Below, one piece after another: positions 45,799-55,650 of a stretch of 64,000 bases of DNA. Position 1 is the stretch's first letter. Each line of letters starts with the position of its first letter. The stretch spans positions 1,009-65,008 of IMG/VR virus record IMGVR_UViG_2857898870_000003; one strand, written 5' to 3'. The DNA is from a virus. Both the position numbers and the translations under genes were made by a program. The notes beneath the pieces were generated by a model, which saw only the letters and a program-made list of their open reading frames with translations, was not told the origin of the DNA and did no database searches.

Positions 45799-46254
45799 TT
45801 AATTGTCGACTTTCCGTATTACTAAAGAGTTGAACGTGTTCAACTGATATTTAAGACCATTAGATAGATCCTCGCACATGTAGCATTGCTGATCGTTGGA
45901 ATAATATACCTTGAAATCATGGGCCATGCCATTGATACGTATGATATCGTTCTCCATGACATCGTCCCCATCCTCGTATTTCTTTCCGGTAGGGTGTGAT
46001 CGTCTTGCCATTATCAATGTAAGAGATACTGGGGCGTCTTCCCACGTTAAGTATCTACCTGTTAATTTATAAATACTGCCTTTTGGAAGTACGATCGCCG
46101 AGTTGTGATCCTCGACGGAAAAATATTCCTCGTCATGCGCCGATCTCTCGTCCGTCCATACCTCTCCTTGCCGCACTGGGAAGTTATCAAGAATAACCTC
46201 GTCACCATTCTTGTTTACGGCCAAGAATACTATTGTTTGCTTGCCTAACTTCAT
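45799..46254 (-). CDS. Hypothetical protein (151 aa)
   Basis: ORF track only. Confidence 0.35.
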   Translation of the reverse strand: MKLGKQTIVFLAVNKNGDEVILDNFPVRQGEVWTDERSAHDEEYFSVEDHNSAIVLPKGSIYKLTGRYLTWEDAPVSLTLIMARRSHPTGKKYEDGDDVMENDIIRINGMAHDFKVYYSNDQQCYMCEDLSNGLKYQLNTFNSLVIRKVDN

Positions 46255-46317
46255 GACATATTATAGTTTACTTATTCCTCGATTTGATGATTACTTTTAC
46301 TCATGATTCTGTTATTC

Positions 46318-46545
46318 TTAATGTTGTACTAACTCTAACTCTGATTCAAAAAATTCCTCGAAATACATTTTCCCGTTAGGATAATGGAGCATAACACAAT
46401 AAAGGTTTTCTTTACGTGCCCCATCTTTGGTTTTAACTAAAGACTTTTCTTCCACGACTTCAGCGATAACGCCGACTTCCGACTTATGCCTTTCGTTCGT
46501 ACACCACACATGTTGTTTGATTTTATATTTTGTTGCCATATTCAT
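46318..46545 (-). CDS. Hypothetical small protein (75 aa)
   Basis: ORF track only. Confidence 0.3.
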   Translation of the reverse strand: MNMATKYKIKQHVWCTNERHKSEVGVIAEVVEEKSLVKTKDGARKENLYCVMLHYPNGKMYFEEFFESELELVQH

Positions 46546-46594
46546 ATCTTTTTAATTATGAGCCTTCATAGTAGGCTCGGTTAATACTATTCCT

Positions 46595-46993
46595 CTAATC
46601 ACCATTCTCTTTCATCCGTTGCAATACATCCTTGCTCGCTTCGAGTATCTCGTCGAAAGACGGGATAGGTATCCATGCGACCCTTGTATAGTGCATCGCT
46701 AAGTTAACCGCCCATTCTTTGCCATCGTAAGAATCACTAGACACAAAGTATTTCCCGCTTATATTCATTCTGCTTAGAACTAAAACCTCGTCTTTATTCT
46801 CCGGTAGCCGGTCATTAATATTTATCCACGGAGATTGCTTTGCCTGCCATTCGGCACCGGCCTTGAAGCCTCTTTTAAAATCATTCTCGCATATAAGGGA
46901 GGCGATTTTATCATCTTCCCCCCATGGGAACTGGCTTGAATATTCTTTTGCCGCATCTTCTATCGTCTGTCCCATATCAATATCTCTTTCCAT
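46595..46993 (-). CDS. Hypothetical protein (132 aa)
   Basis: ORF track only. Confidence 0.35.
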   Translation of the reverse strand: MERDIDMGQTIEDAAKEYSSQFPWGEDDKIASLICENDFKRGFKAGAEWQAKQSPWININDRLPENKDEVLVLSRMNISGKYFVSSDSYDGKEWAVNLAMHYTRVAWIPIPSFDEILEASKDVLQRMKENGD

Positions 46994-47002
46994 TGTTAAT
47001 GC

Positions 47003-47446
47003 TTATTGTTTAAATTCCCAAAACGAAAGCTTGCCTTTCACGCCTGTTATCGGCTTGTCAAACATTACAGGGTTTGCCAATACCCAATTATAGACAACCT
47101 TTCTGCCTGTAATATTCTCATGCAGTTTAGGATTCATGCCGACTGTGTAGTTTTCTGTTTTCTCTGCCCAAATGGATGAATGATTTACTACGCAATCCAC
47201 AATCTCTACGCTGCCAATGATTGTACCAAAAGGCAGATTACCAAACATTGTTTCTTTAGCAATCGTACCAAATGCAGCCTTCATTTGGGCATCAGTTAAA
47301 TCGACGCTAAACTTTTTACCATGAGAACCGGCAGCATGAATAAGCACACGTCCACGATAGTTAGTTCTCCAAGTACGATTCTCAATGTCTTTGATATCGT
47401 GGACTATCAAGGAGGCCCACGGTTGTTTGATGGTTATTGCTTTCAT
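47003..47446 (-). CDS. ASCH-domain protein (147 aa)
   Basis: MKAITIKQPWASLIVHDIKDIENRTWRTNYRGRVLIHA: the N-terminal KxITIKQPWAxLI...K.IE.R motif is the ASCH/PUA-like signature common in phage early regions. Confidence 0.55.
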   Translation of the reverse strand: MKAITIKQPWASLIVHDIKDIENRTWRTNYRGRVLIHAAGSHGKKFSVDLTDAQMKAAFGTIAKETMFGNLPFGTIIGSVEIVDCVVNHSSIWAEKTENYTVGMNPKLHENITGRKVVYNWVLANPVMFDKPITGVKGKLSFWEFKQ

Positions 47447-47448
47447 TT

Positions 47449-47901
47449 TTAACCTCCTTTTACCAATTCTAGATTATCATAAACATTACCTATTACTTTA
47501 ATTTCTCTTTTATAATCAGTCCACCAGCAAGGACTAACTTGCTGCCAATAACGAGTTTTAAGATCACAGTCCAAATCTGTAAGATTAGCCAAGCAATAAC
47601 TCGCCCATTCATCTATGTACCTGATCAATTTAGGATATTTGCCATTCACGCTGATAATGTCCCCCTCGTAAATCTCCTTTCTGCTCTTGTCTTTTAAGCC
47701 TGTGAACTGGCCTATAGTTGTTTCATCGCACATAACTCCAGACAATTGAAAGAAGTGAGTATCACCTCTAAAATTATACTCTCTCTCAACATACAGTTCA
47801 TTCTGCTGGTCTATAATGCAATAGTCGTCGGCTTGAACCAATCCACCATACGCCCATTTATTATTATCAATACGCTTCGCTCTGAATTTAATCTCACGCA
47901 T
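47449..47901 (-). CDS. YopX-family protein (150 aa)
   Basis: N-terminus MREIKFRAKRIDNNKWAYGGL matches the characteristic MREIKFRAW start of the YopX family. Confidence 0.6.
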   Translation of the reverse strand: MREIKFRAKRIDNNKWAYGGLVQADDYCIIDQQNELYVEREYNFRGDTHFFQLSGVMCDETTIGQFTGLKDKSRKEIYEGDIISVNGKYPKLIRYIDEWASYCLANLTDLDCDLKTRYWQQVSPCWWTDYKREIKVIGNVYDNLELVKGG

Positions 47902-48421
47902 TTGATCCTCCTTTCTCTAAAATATCATCACAAGCCTCACCATCACACCTTACCGGCTTTTGATGGAAGGCGCACCAAGCGCCCCCGTTTGCGTCTTCAT
48001 CCTCGATAAGTCGGCAATCACCGCATTTATCTGTTAGGTATTTCTTGTCAAGGTATCCTTCCTTGATAAGCCATTCAATCATATTCACAACAGCATCTAA
48101 GACATTCTTTTTCATAACCTCATGCTTGCAGTCGTATCCCAGTTCTGTGTATTGGATGAACCAATACACGCTATCTTTTGTGATTTCCAAACTTAAATCG
48201 GGTCGGTTGCGTTGTGAAATCGTGGCAGGAAGCATGTTTATCAGCTTGGATAGAGACCAAGCCGGGAATGCCATATCTTGATCCACATGATTTTCAACCC
48301 TGCCATATTCAGATGCGACCGGTAATTCAAATTCATCCAAATACATGTCTGCCGTATCCGGTCTCACCCCGGCCTCTAACAGGCGTGATGATTGTTTTTT
48401 ATTCGTGCAAATTTGATTCAT
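47894..48421 (-). CDS. Hypothetical protein (175 aa), Cys-rich C-terminus
   Basis: ORF track only. C-terminal CGDC...C..H....C...C suggests a zinc ribbon. Confidence 0.35.
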   Translation of the reverse strand: MNQICTNKKQSSRLLEAGVRPDTADMYLDEFELPVASEYGRVENHVDQDMAFPAWSLSKLINMLPATISQRNRPDLSLEITKDSVYWFIQYTELGYDCKHEVMKKNVLDAVVNMIEWLIKEGYLDKKYLTDKCGDCRLIEDEDANGGAWCAFHQKPVRCDGEACDDILEKGGSNA

Positions 48422-48422
48422 A

Positions 48423-48770
48423 TTATAATTCGTTGTTAAAATATTTCTTATTATCTATATCTTCCCTCAATTTTTCGATGTAAGAAAAATACCATTCACG
48501 TGTTTTCTCCTTGTCATTCCCTACGTATAATAAACCAAAAGGATCGTACTCTATAAACTCCTCGGTCTTGCAGAAAGGGCAGGGGACATCCCCGCCTATG
48601 ATCAATCCCCCAACCTCGCTATCATATGAGTCAAGATCCCATAAATATCCATTGATACAACGTGCGTCTGGATAAGATGCGCCGAAAAAGGGAAACTCGG
48701 GACATTGTTTTATTTTCTCTTCCATATTTATCCCTCTTGAATAATTGTACATTCTATCTCTTCGTCCCAT
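48423..48770 (-). CDS. Hypothetical protein (about 100-115 aa) with CPFC zinc-ribbon-like motif
   Basis: ORF track only. Real start may be the internal MEEKIKQCPEF methionine. Confidence 0.3.
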   Translation of the reverse strand: MGRRDRMYNYSRGINMEEKIKQCPEFPFFGASYPDARCINGYLWDLDSYDSEVGGLIIGGDVPCPFCKTEEFIEYDPFGLLYVGNDKEKTREWYFSYIEKLREDIDNKKYFNNEL

Positions 48771-48873
48771 GTGACATCCACCGGATCGTACTCATACTCT
48801 CCATCGGACGTGCGGATCATTACCTCCGCTTCCGGGTCTTGCTCTTGAAGCAATGTTATAAGATCTTTATTTC

Positions 48874-49227
48874 TCATGATTCACCTCCTTCCTTTAATTT
48901 AGCTATGAGTTCATCGGCTAATTCCACAGACCATCCCACTACTTTAGAATAAAGTATACCGCATTCAGTACGGCCTTGATAATGTTGCAATTTCACAAAC
49001 TCGATAGAATAGCGCTTTGCCAAATCATATCTGCGTTGTTCCCAATCAACGGCTTTATCCTCCGTCTTATTTATAACCTCTAGATCCTCTAGAGCGTTGA
49101 GTTCCTGTATGAGATCAAGCCCCTCGGAATCCACATAGCGCACCCAATCCTTTTCAGGACAGGCTTCGGAAGATTTGAAGGCGATAACATCAACGATTTC
49201 CCCAGTCTTTCTTATTCTCGCTTTCAT
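48874..49227 (-). CDS. Hypothetical protein (117 aa)
   Basis: ORF track only. Confidence 0.35.
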   Translation of the reverse strand: MKARIRKTGEIVDVIAFKSSEACPEKDWVRYVDSEGLDLIQELNALEDLEVINKTEDKAVDWEQRRYDLAKRYSIEFVKLQHYQGRTECGILYSKVVGWSVELADELIAKLKEGGES

Positions 49228-49580
49228 GTCAATTTGGATTTAATTGTTAATCTATAATTCTTTAATAAATTGTAAAACAACCGCTTCTTCTCTATATATT
49301 TGAGTCCCTTTCTTTTAAGCCCTCTTTTTGTTCTGGATACAATCATTTGGCATCCGCTAACACCGACATATATACAATTATCATGATGTCTCACGGCTTC
49401 TTTTAACGCTGCCCGAATCATTAGATCACAATATCTATAGCTGTCATTCTGAACGCCTTCGTATCCTTTGCTCATAATGAAATGTCCGATCTCATTGGCT
49501 TCCTGCCTTGAATAGCAAATCGTGAATATGTTATCCATTTTGTTTTTTTCTGGAATATCCATATCTCCTGCTTTTTTCAT
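49224..49580 (-). CDS. Hypothetical protein (118 aa)
   Basis: 4-nt overlap with neighbours. No motif. Confidence 0.35.
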   Translation of the reverse strand: MKKAGDMDIPEKNKMDNIFTICYSRQEANEIGHFIMSKGYEGVQNDSYRYCDLMIRAALKEAVRHHDNCIYVGVSGCQMIVSRTKRGLKRKGLKYIEKKRLFYNLLKNYRLTIKSKLT

Positions 49581-49581
49581 A

Positions 49582-50409
49582 TCAAAACAATGTTTTCTCT
49601 AAATCATAATTAATCCAAATCACCTCCTGTACCTCACTGCTCCGGATGTTATTCTTCTTGACCGGGAACTTTATCATGTTCCAATCCCCGTACAACTCCC
49701 GCATCAACGGACAGTCATAACTACTTATCATGGCCTTGCCTTTGATCGAATGCAAACGATCGGAAAGTTCACGATGCTTATCGTCAGAGAACTCGTACTT
49801 GTAATCATTCGAAGAGGCCCGGCACTCAAGCGGATAGGGTGGGTCGGCGTAGAAGAAAGCGTTTGGGAAATCAAGCCGATCAATGCAATCCTTATAGTCC
49901 AGATTGGTGATCTGGAAATTGCCCCTGATCACCTCTGCGACCTCATGCAGTTTCTCTATCGCGTTGTTCCATCGAGATACGGTCTCACCACCTCTAGCGT
50001 TAACATGGCTCTTGGCGCAATGCCAACCCTTGTTCTTCCGTTGCGCTCCCAACCCGAAGAATGATTGCCGGATACGGACGTAAAACCTCCTTGCGCTCTC
50101 TATCTTATCCCCGGAAGGTTCCCATGAGTTATTATACTCCAGTTCGGAGCATGGGGTTAACAGCAATAACCTTGTCAACTCCGGCTCATGATCCCTCAAA
50201 ACCTCGAAGAAGTTGGTTATATCCCCATTTATCTCGTTGGCTGTCTTGATAACCCTTCCCGGATAATTGATAGACACGGCCATGCTTCCGGCGAACAGAT
50301 CGACCAGATGGGTGAAATCTCTTGGAAAGTTCGTGTACAGATACTCCAACCAAGTGAATTTCCCTCCGAAGTAATTGAAGGCTATAAGTTTATTTCTGTT
50401 TCCGCTCAT
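49582..50409 (-). CDS. DNA N6-adenine methyltransferase (Dam-like, D12 class) (275 aa)
   Basis: FFYADPPYPLE contains the DPPY catalytic motif. N-terminal FNYFGGKFTWLEY and LVDLFAGSMAV resemble the Dam AdoMet-binding region. Confidence 0.7.
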   Translation of the reverse strand: MSGNRNKLIAFNYFGGKFTWLEYLYTNFPRDFTHLVDLFAGSMAVSINYPGRVIKTANEINGDITNFFEVLRDHEPELTRLLLLTPCSELEYNNSWEPSGDKIESARRFYVRIRQSFFGLGAQRKNKGWHCAKSHVNARGGETVSRWNNAIEKLHEVAEVIRGNFQITNLDYKDCIDRLDFPNAFFYADPPYPLECRASSNDYKYEFSDDKHRELSDRLHSIKGKAMISSYDCPLMRELYGDWNMIKFPVKKNNIRSSEVQEVIWINYDLEKTLF

Positions 50410-52352
50410 GCCGCTATTGATTTTAATTCGATTAACTTTCTTGCCAAAGCCTCACATAAAGCTTTAGCCATGCCGACTTCGACGGCGTTTCCGATATATT
50501 TCTTTTGCTCCGCTTGCGTACCGATCAACTTGTAGTTCTCCGGGAATCCCATGATCCGTTTCAACTCGGGAATCTTGAGCATTCGCATCATGATATCCAC
50601 TATCTGATACATGGCCATGAACTCCTTTATCTTGACTATGATCGGGATATCTGTTTCGTAAATCTCAATATAAATATTACCGGCATCATCCATCTTTACA
50701 AAGTCCGGCACAGCATCAAGATTGGATACAGTCTTGGGACTAACCAAGTGAGGTGGTCGCTTGTCCATTCGGGCAATCAATGTAAAACAAGGGTTATCGA
50801 TCGAACTTCCCGAAGATGCAAATTGTGGATTCATCAGGTAGTGCCATTTCCGATTAGCTGTTATTACAGGAGCTGGCTCATTGAGTCCGCTACCGACATT
50901 GTTGAAATTGGTATTCATCACCCACGGACGACAGCTCACCAGATTATATTTGGGATTGGCTGTTATCGCCCCTAATGGGCGGTCGGTTTCGGTCGGTTTG
51001 CTTTGCCCGAATTGCTGATCCATGAACTGGCATGAGACTAGCCGCTGTTTAGGGTTCGCCAATATAGCCGGAGCGGGATGGTTGATATCGGAATGCTGAC
51101 CACCGCCGGAATAGTAGTTCATGATGAACGGAGTTACAAGCGATAACCGGTCTTTCGTGAGCAATGTCGGGCACGGGGCTTGTATATCTTTGGCTGTGTC
51201 TTTAAAATTGTACGAACATAGAAACCTTGTACTTACCAATGAATGATTGTCCTTACACTTAATGGTATGAGCTGGTCCCGTAATAGGTATATTCTTACTT
51301 TCCGGATGTCCGCTAAAGTATTTCGATAGGAAATGAGTCCTCACTATGCCTAACCTTCCTTGACAACTGATCGTCGGGCAGGGTTCTTCTATGCTAGGAG
51401 GGACATGCTTACCAGTTTGCCCATTAACAGAGTTATATTTCAACAGCCATTTGTCTTTTCCTCCGGCAACGTGACGAATAAGCCCAGCATAAATCCTCTC
51501 AAATGTTTTAGGCGAAAGAGGCTTCTTGCGCTTAAATATACTCGTTCCCTCATCCTCTAAATTCAACACGTCTTTTACAGGTTTCCATTTCTTCAACTCG
51601 CCAAATAGGGTTTGAGAGCCTTCCTTACAATGGGTTGGTTCCGGCCAGACTATAGGCATATCCTTTTTTGCGAACTGACCGAAGAAACGTCTACGGGAAG
51701 TATATGCTCCAAAATCGGCGGCGTTCAGGATGCGATGATCGAACTTATATCCGTATTTCTTGACCTTGTTCACCCACCGGAGATATAATCGTCCCTTGTC
51801 TTTTGACACGGGCTTCCCGTTTTGATCTAGGTCTCCCCAACACATGAACTCCTCCACATTCTCGATTTGTATCAGGTCGGGATTGATATCATCAATGTAC
51901 CGGAAAAGATGATCGGCTAATGTCCGGCTATCCGGATCTCTTGCCTGTCCTCCCTTTGCCTTGGAGAAGTTAGTACATTCCAATGAGGCCCATAGCACAA
52001 ACCTCGCATTGGGATTCCGGAGCTTGATCTTCTTGATCAGATTAACGATCGGTGCCAAATCAAGCGTACGCATATCCTCCGTGAAATGGAGGGCGTAAGG
52101 ATGGTTAGCCATGTGGCTGGCGATAGCGTTCTTATCGTGGTTGACGCAGGCTATAACCTTCGCAATAGAACTACTTCCTATATTCGCCTGTTCCACGCCG
52201 GTGGACGTTCCACCTGCTCCACAAAACAGGTCAATATAGTAAAGATTCACGTTATCCTTCTTATGCAATTCCGCAAGGTGATGCAAGAGAATGATCGTCT
52301 TGAATAATGCTTCAGTATGATTCATTGTTTTATCTTTTATCAATTTGTTCAA
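50406..52352 (-). CDS. DNA cytosine-5 methyltransferase with extended C-terminal region (648 aa)
   Basis: Motif I DLFCGAGGTSTG, catalytic Cys in ASLECTNFSKA (PC-motif position), motif VI IENVEEF. 4-nt overlap with the Dam-like gene. The length (648 aa) exceeds typical monospecific C5-MTases. Confidence 0.7.
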   Translation of the reverse strand: MNKLIKDKTMNHTEALFKTIILLHHLAELHKKDNVNLYYIDLFCGAGGTSTGVEQANIGSSSIAKVIACVNHDKNAIASHMANHPYALHFTEDMRTLDLAPIVNLIKKIKLRNPNARFVLWASLECTNFSKAKGGQARDPDSRTLADHLFRYIDDINPDLIQIENVEEFMCWGDLDQNGKPVSKDKGRLYLRWVNKVKKYGYKFDHRILNAADFGAYTSRRRFFGQFAKKDMPIVWPEPTHCKEGSQTLFGELKKWKPVKDVLNLEDEGTSIFKRKKPLSPKTFERIYAGLIRHVAGGKDKWLLKYNSVNGQTGKHVPPSIEEPCPTISCQGRLGIVRTHFLSKYFSGHPESKNIPITGPAHTIKCKDNHSLVSTRFLCSYNFKDTAKDIQAPCPTLLTKDRLSLVTPFIMNYYSGGGQHSDINHPAPAILANPKQRLVSCQFMDQQFGQSKPTETDRPLGAITANPKYNLVSCRPWVMNTNFNNVGSGLNEPAPVITANRKWHYLMNPQFASSGSSIDNPCFTLIARMDKRPPHLVSPKTVSNLDAVPDFVKMDDAGNIYIEIYETDIPIIVKIKEFMAMYQIVDIMMRMLKIPELKRIMGFPENYKLIGTQAEQKKYIGNAVEVGMAKALCEALARKLIELKSIAA

Positions 52353-52812
52353 ACAGGCAAAAGTCTAAAAGCTGTTTGTCCCAGTTTATCCCCTTGCCGG
52401 AATATGTCTTCTTGATTATAGTCTTATACTCATCGGCCTTTAATCCGGAATCCAAGCACGATATGTAGTCATTTACCTTGTCTATCGTGAAACTGTTTAC
52501 CTTGATAATCTTGGCCTTACCTCGTGGTTGCTGCTTGACCGAAACCGTGAGGACGTTCCCCACGCAATACTTGATCGGATCGTGTAACCTCAATGCGGTG
52601 AAATACGTGCCGTTCAACTTGTTATTCGAGTTAACGGCGAAATCTATGTTCTGATCCATGATTCTTATGTGTTTTCCGGTCTGTTGCTTGCAAGCGAAGC
52701 AATAGACCGCTACGTTACTAGTCTTCCTGTATAAGGTCATCACCTGATAGGGATGGCCGCAAGGACAGATATATGCGTATCTGCCCGGATAGAGAGTTAC
52801 GGTCTTAATCAT
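52330..52812 (-). CDS. Hypothetical protein (160 aa) with CPCGHP / CFACK Cys pairs (zinc-ribbon-like)
   Basis: ORF track only. CxC...CxxC spacing. Confidence 0.35.
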   Translation of the reverse strand: MIKTVTLYPGRYAYICPCGHPYQVMTLYRKTSNVAVYCFACKQQTGKHIRIMDQNIDFAVNSNNKLNGTYFTALRLHDPIKYCVGNVLTVSVKQQPRGKAKIIKVNSFTIDKVNDYISCLDSGLKADEYKTIIKKTYSGKGINWDKQLLDFCLFEQIDKR

Positions 52813-53569
52813 TGTTTTTTAATCTGGATATCAAAAATCTTCCGGGATGATCGATCTTGTATTTCCCCTCCCGGCTATCCCGTATCCTTTGCAATAGTTT
52901 CCACACGGGATTTCCTATCTCTCCATAGTTCGATAACTCGCAAATAGTATTGAACTCATCGGGAGAGAGCTTGAAATTGGTGAGTTCCCGTGTCAAAGCC
53001 TCATAATTCCTTTTCACGCCGTCCGAAGGCGGCGGGTCATTCCTTGAAAGATTAAAAAAACTTCCTCCTCCGCTTCCCCCCGTGGGGGATAGAGGGGGTA
53101 TTTCTTTTTCTTTTCTTTCTTTTTCTTTTCTTGTTATAATTTCATCCGTTTTTGTTATAACATTGTTATCGTTACTTTGCGGATTTGTTATAACATTGTT
53201 ATTTCCCCATCTTTTAGCCATGCCTAACTTCCCTGCTTCTGATCGTTTTCTTGATTTCTCGTCCTTGAATCCCATCCTTTGCTTGAAACTCTCGGAGTAG
53301 AAGTACTTACCGTCCTCGGTAAAGACAAATAACCCGAAATCCTCAATGACGGATTTTATTAAGGATGCGTCCTCACGAAGGTCAAAGGCTATCATGTTAT
53401 AATCTTTGACACTCATATAGTTTGGCTCCTCTCTAAGACGTTCTAATATCATGAAGAAAACACCATATCCGGCGGCTTTATGCCTCATTCGTAAACGAAT
53501 CAGCTTATCTGAGTTTCTGGCATTGCTATCGTGCGGAAAATAGCTTGTCAGCTCTTTCCTTGTATCCAT
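52805..53569 (-). CDS. Putative replication initiation / replisome-organizer-like protein (254 aa)
   Basis: N-terminal YFPHDSNARNSDKLIRLRMRHKAAGYGVFFMILERL resembles the phage replisome organizer (Lin1244-type) N-terminal winged-helix domain as I recall it. Central Gly/Ser/Lys-rich linker. Confidence 0.35.
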   Translation of the reverse strand: MDTRKELTSYFPHDSNARNSDKLIRLRMRHKAAGYGVFFMILERLREEPNYMSVKDYNMIAFDLREDASLIKSVIEDFGLFVFTEDGKYFYSESFKQRMGFKDEKSRKRSEAGKLGMAKRWGNNNVITNPQSNDNNVITKTDEIITRKEKERKEKEIPPLSPTGGSGGGSFFNLSRNDPPPSDGVKRNYEALTRELTNFKLSPDEFNTICELSNYGEIGNPVWKLLQRIRDSREGKYKIDHPGRFLISRLKNND

Positions 53570-53765
53570 ACGCTAATTCTCCATAAGCATGTTTTTTATA
53601 TCATGTAATCATAATTTCCTTTTGAATACATCGCAAAACCTAAGACTATTAGCTACTCTTCCGGTATTTAGCACTTTGCACCATACAGCTAGTCCCTTGT
53701 GAGGCTTACCGTTCACGCATTCGCCACATTTCACCTTTTCTTGCTCGTCTTTCTTCTTCGCCATA

Positions 53766-54263
53766 TCACCAAGTCTTTATTTTTATTGGTAGATCGGCGT
53801 ACCACCAAGCTAGAATCGTAGCGTCACGTTGGTCTTGGTTCGTTCTCTTAGGCAAGGGACCGACTATGTAGGAGAGTTCCTCATGGGTTATCTTGCCCTC
53901 GTCCCCTTTCCAATGCTTGGTCAAAGGCTTTACCTCCTCGCAGGGAATCCCTATGTGCTCGCACATCTGGAGAAGCAATATCCCGGTTTGCTGGTTACGA
54001 CCTACATACTTGGCTATCCTCTCGCCGGATTTACCCCTAGCCTTATGGTAGTTGCTTTTTTCGTTAAGCCATCCGGCCTCGACAATGACCACTATGTCTA
54101 CCCCCTTGTATCTCTCTCTCGCCTCCTTGATAAAGTCAATCAAGGAAGGGAAGGGGAGGCTCTTTAAAATTATCTGCCTCGTGGAAGGAGACAGTACGCA
54201 TACGCCGGATTTATCTATGTCCGGGTCAACGGCTATCACCAATTCGTATCTTTTCTTTCCCAT
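53766..54263 (-). CDS. RuvC-like Holliday junction resolvase (165 aa)
   Basis: LVIAVDPDIDKSGVCVL (RuvC motif I with catalytic Asp), VVIVEAGW (second acidic motif), DQRDATILAWWYA (C-terminal catalytic Asp). Confidence 0.55.
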   Translation of the reverse strand: MGKKRYELVIAVDPDIDKSGVCVLSPSTRQIILKSLPFPSLIDFIKEARERYKGVDIVVIVEAGWLNEKSNYHKARGKSGERIAKYVGRNQQTGILLLQMCEHIGIPCEEVKPLTKHWKGDEGKITHEELSYIVGPLPKRTNQDQRDATILAWWYADLPIKIKTW

Positions 54264-54407
54264 GGATTCCTCCTTTCTTTATCGTTTATTAGTAAGAATA
54301 CGGCCAATATCAATGCGATCAGTCCTAGTATCGCGGTGATAAGGTATATGGCCATTGTCAAGTGATCTAAATCTTGTATTGTTTCCATATTAAATATTTG
54401 TTATTCG

Positions 54408-54523
54408 TGATGGTAGCGGGACTCGAACCCGCATGAGTTGCTGAAATTCCAAATAGGAAAGGACAAAACTACATTCTCTCGATAGTCACAAACCTTAGCG
54501 TCTACCAATTCCGCCATACCACC
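54408..54523 (-). tRNA. tRNA-Leu-like element with about 30 extra nucleotides between D-arm and T-arm (possible pseudogene or intron-containing tRNA)
   Basis: Minus-strand sense GGTGGTA-TG-GCGGAATTGGTAGACGC...GCGGGTTCGAGTCCCGC-TACCATC-A. The D-arm is identical to the E. coli tRNA-Leu D-arm. Canonical T-arm (G53, TTCGAGT, C61). 7-bp acceptor stem with one G-U. But 65 nt separate the D- and T-arms (about 33 expected) and no clean anticodon arm can be drawn. No encoded CCA. Confidence 0.35.
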
Positions 54524-54530
54524 GTGTTTG

Positions 54531-54557
54531 CCCCGCATATCCTCACGGACGGCGGGG
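54531..54557. promoter_or_regulatory. Hairpin CCCCGC/GCGGGG with conserved loop ATATCCTCACGGACG
   Basis: Read from sequence. Identical 15-nt loop to the hairpin at 61062-61090. Lies immediately 5' (minus-strand sense) of the tRNA-Leu-like element. Confidence 0.45.
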
Positions 54558-54614
54558 ATAATCATTCTAACCCAAATCTAATACCATGAAAAACACACTC
54601 TAATATTAATATCC

Positions 54615-55427
54615 TTAGTTCTGAATCTTTATTAAATCGGGTATCGCTCCATAAATGGGGGTACGACCATCCCATTTGTCGATAAACTGCTTATAAAGAA
54701 TTTCTTTAGTCAATCCTCTCGAGGTGATTAACGCTTGTTCCGTTTTCAATTGCTCCAACTCGTTGCGTTTCCGTTGCTCCGCTATCTGCTGGTCTAAAAC
54801 CGAAATATTGGTGTTAACTTCATTCCTACTATCAATTTTCTCGCGAACCGCCTTAGAAAACTCTAATTGCGCCGAGAATGTGAGTAATTGAAGACCTCTT
54901 TTCTCGAATTCCTTATCTACAATCTGCTCAAGGCGTTTCTCAAAAAGAAGCGAACCTCCGTCTGCCATTAAGCTATCGGTCTTATGTTTACGGCTTTCCT
55001 CCTTGATCAGGTCATAGATGCGAGGTTCTAGTATGTTATCCTCCAATGATTGCATGAAACCGTCTTTGCCTGATTCCGTATCGGCCTTGTCTATGTGCTT
55101 GTTATCGAAAACAACGTCTATTGCCCTGTTTTTGATAACCTTGTAGGAGTAAGTGGGGCGTGCGTTAAACTCCGTATTGTCTGCGGCTTTTAACGTGACA
55201 GGGCTTCCGAACTCGCCTCGTTGGTCGAATAGCGGGACTTGAAATAATTCCGTGCCCCATTCCCAAGTTGAAACCCTGCCTGATACGACCTTGAAATCCT
55301 CCTTCCCTTGTTTCCCATAATTTTCCATCAATACCCCAGCGTAATTAGGTGCTACACGTTCACAAGAGGATAAAAATACCATAGCGATTATCGCTATAGT
55401 AAAAAACTTAAAACTTGTCCTTTTCAT
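54615..55427 (-). CDS. SPFH/band-7 (stomatin/prohibitin-like) domain lipoprotein (270 aa)
   Basis: Signal peptide with lipobox LSSC. Band-7-like core (VVSGRVSTWEWGTELFQVPLFDQR...KNRAIDVVFDN). C-terminal coiled coil (NISVLDQQIAEQRKRNELEQLKTEQALITS). Confidence 0.6.
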   Translation of the reverse strand: MKRTSFKFFTIAIIAMVFLSSCERVAPNYAGVLMENYGKQGKEDFKVVSGRVSTWEWGTELFQVPLFDQRGEFGSPVTLKAADNTEFNARPTYSYKVIKNRAIDVVFDNKHIDKADTESGKDGFMQSLEDNILEPRIYDLIKEESRKHKTDSLMADGGSLLFEKRLEQIVDKEFEKRGLQLLTFSAQLEFSKAVREKIDSRNEVNTNISVLDQQIAEQRKRNELEQLKTEQALITSRGLTKEILYKQFIDKWDGRTPIYGAIPDLIKIQN

Positions 55428-55650
55428 TCTTGATAAAATTAAATAGTTTGTAAATTATAAATAATGAACTAGTTAACATAATGACTATTCCTAGCCATGC
55501 GTCAACATGGTTAAAAACTCTGTTCCCTACCGGAATAAAGGCTATGGCCAATATCAATATCCAGTGTTTGTTGATAAATTTCTTCATGATCTTTTTATTT
55601 ATTAAACCTCCAACTCCTCGATTAATAGCTGTCCACATCCCATGAACCAT
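55408..55650 (-). CDS. Small membrane protein (about 60-80 aa), NfeD-like partner candidate of the SPFH gene
   Basis: Two hydrophobic helices (HWILILAIAFIPVG, LGIVIMLTSSLFIIYKLF). 20-nt overlap with the SPFH gene. Confidence 0.35.
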   Translation of the reverse strand: MVHGMWTAINRGVGGLINKKIMKKFINKHWILILAIAFIPVGNRVFNHVDAWLGIVIMLTSSLFIIYKLFNFIKNEKDKF

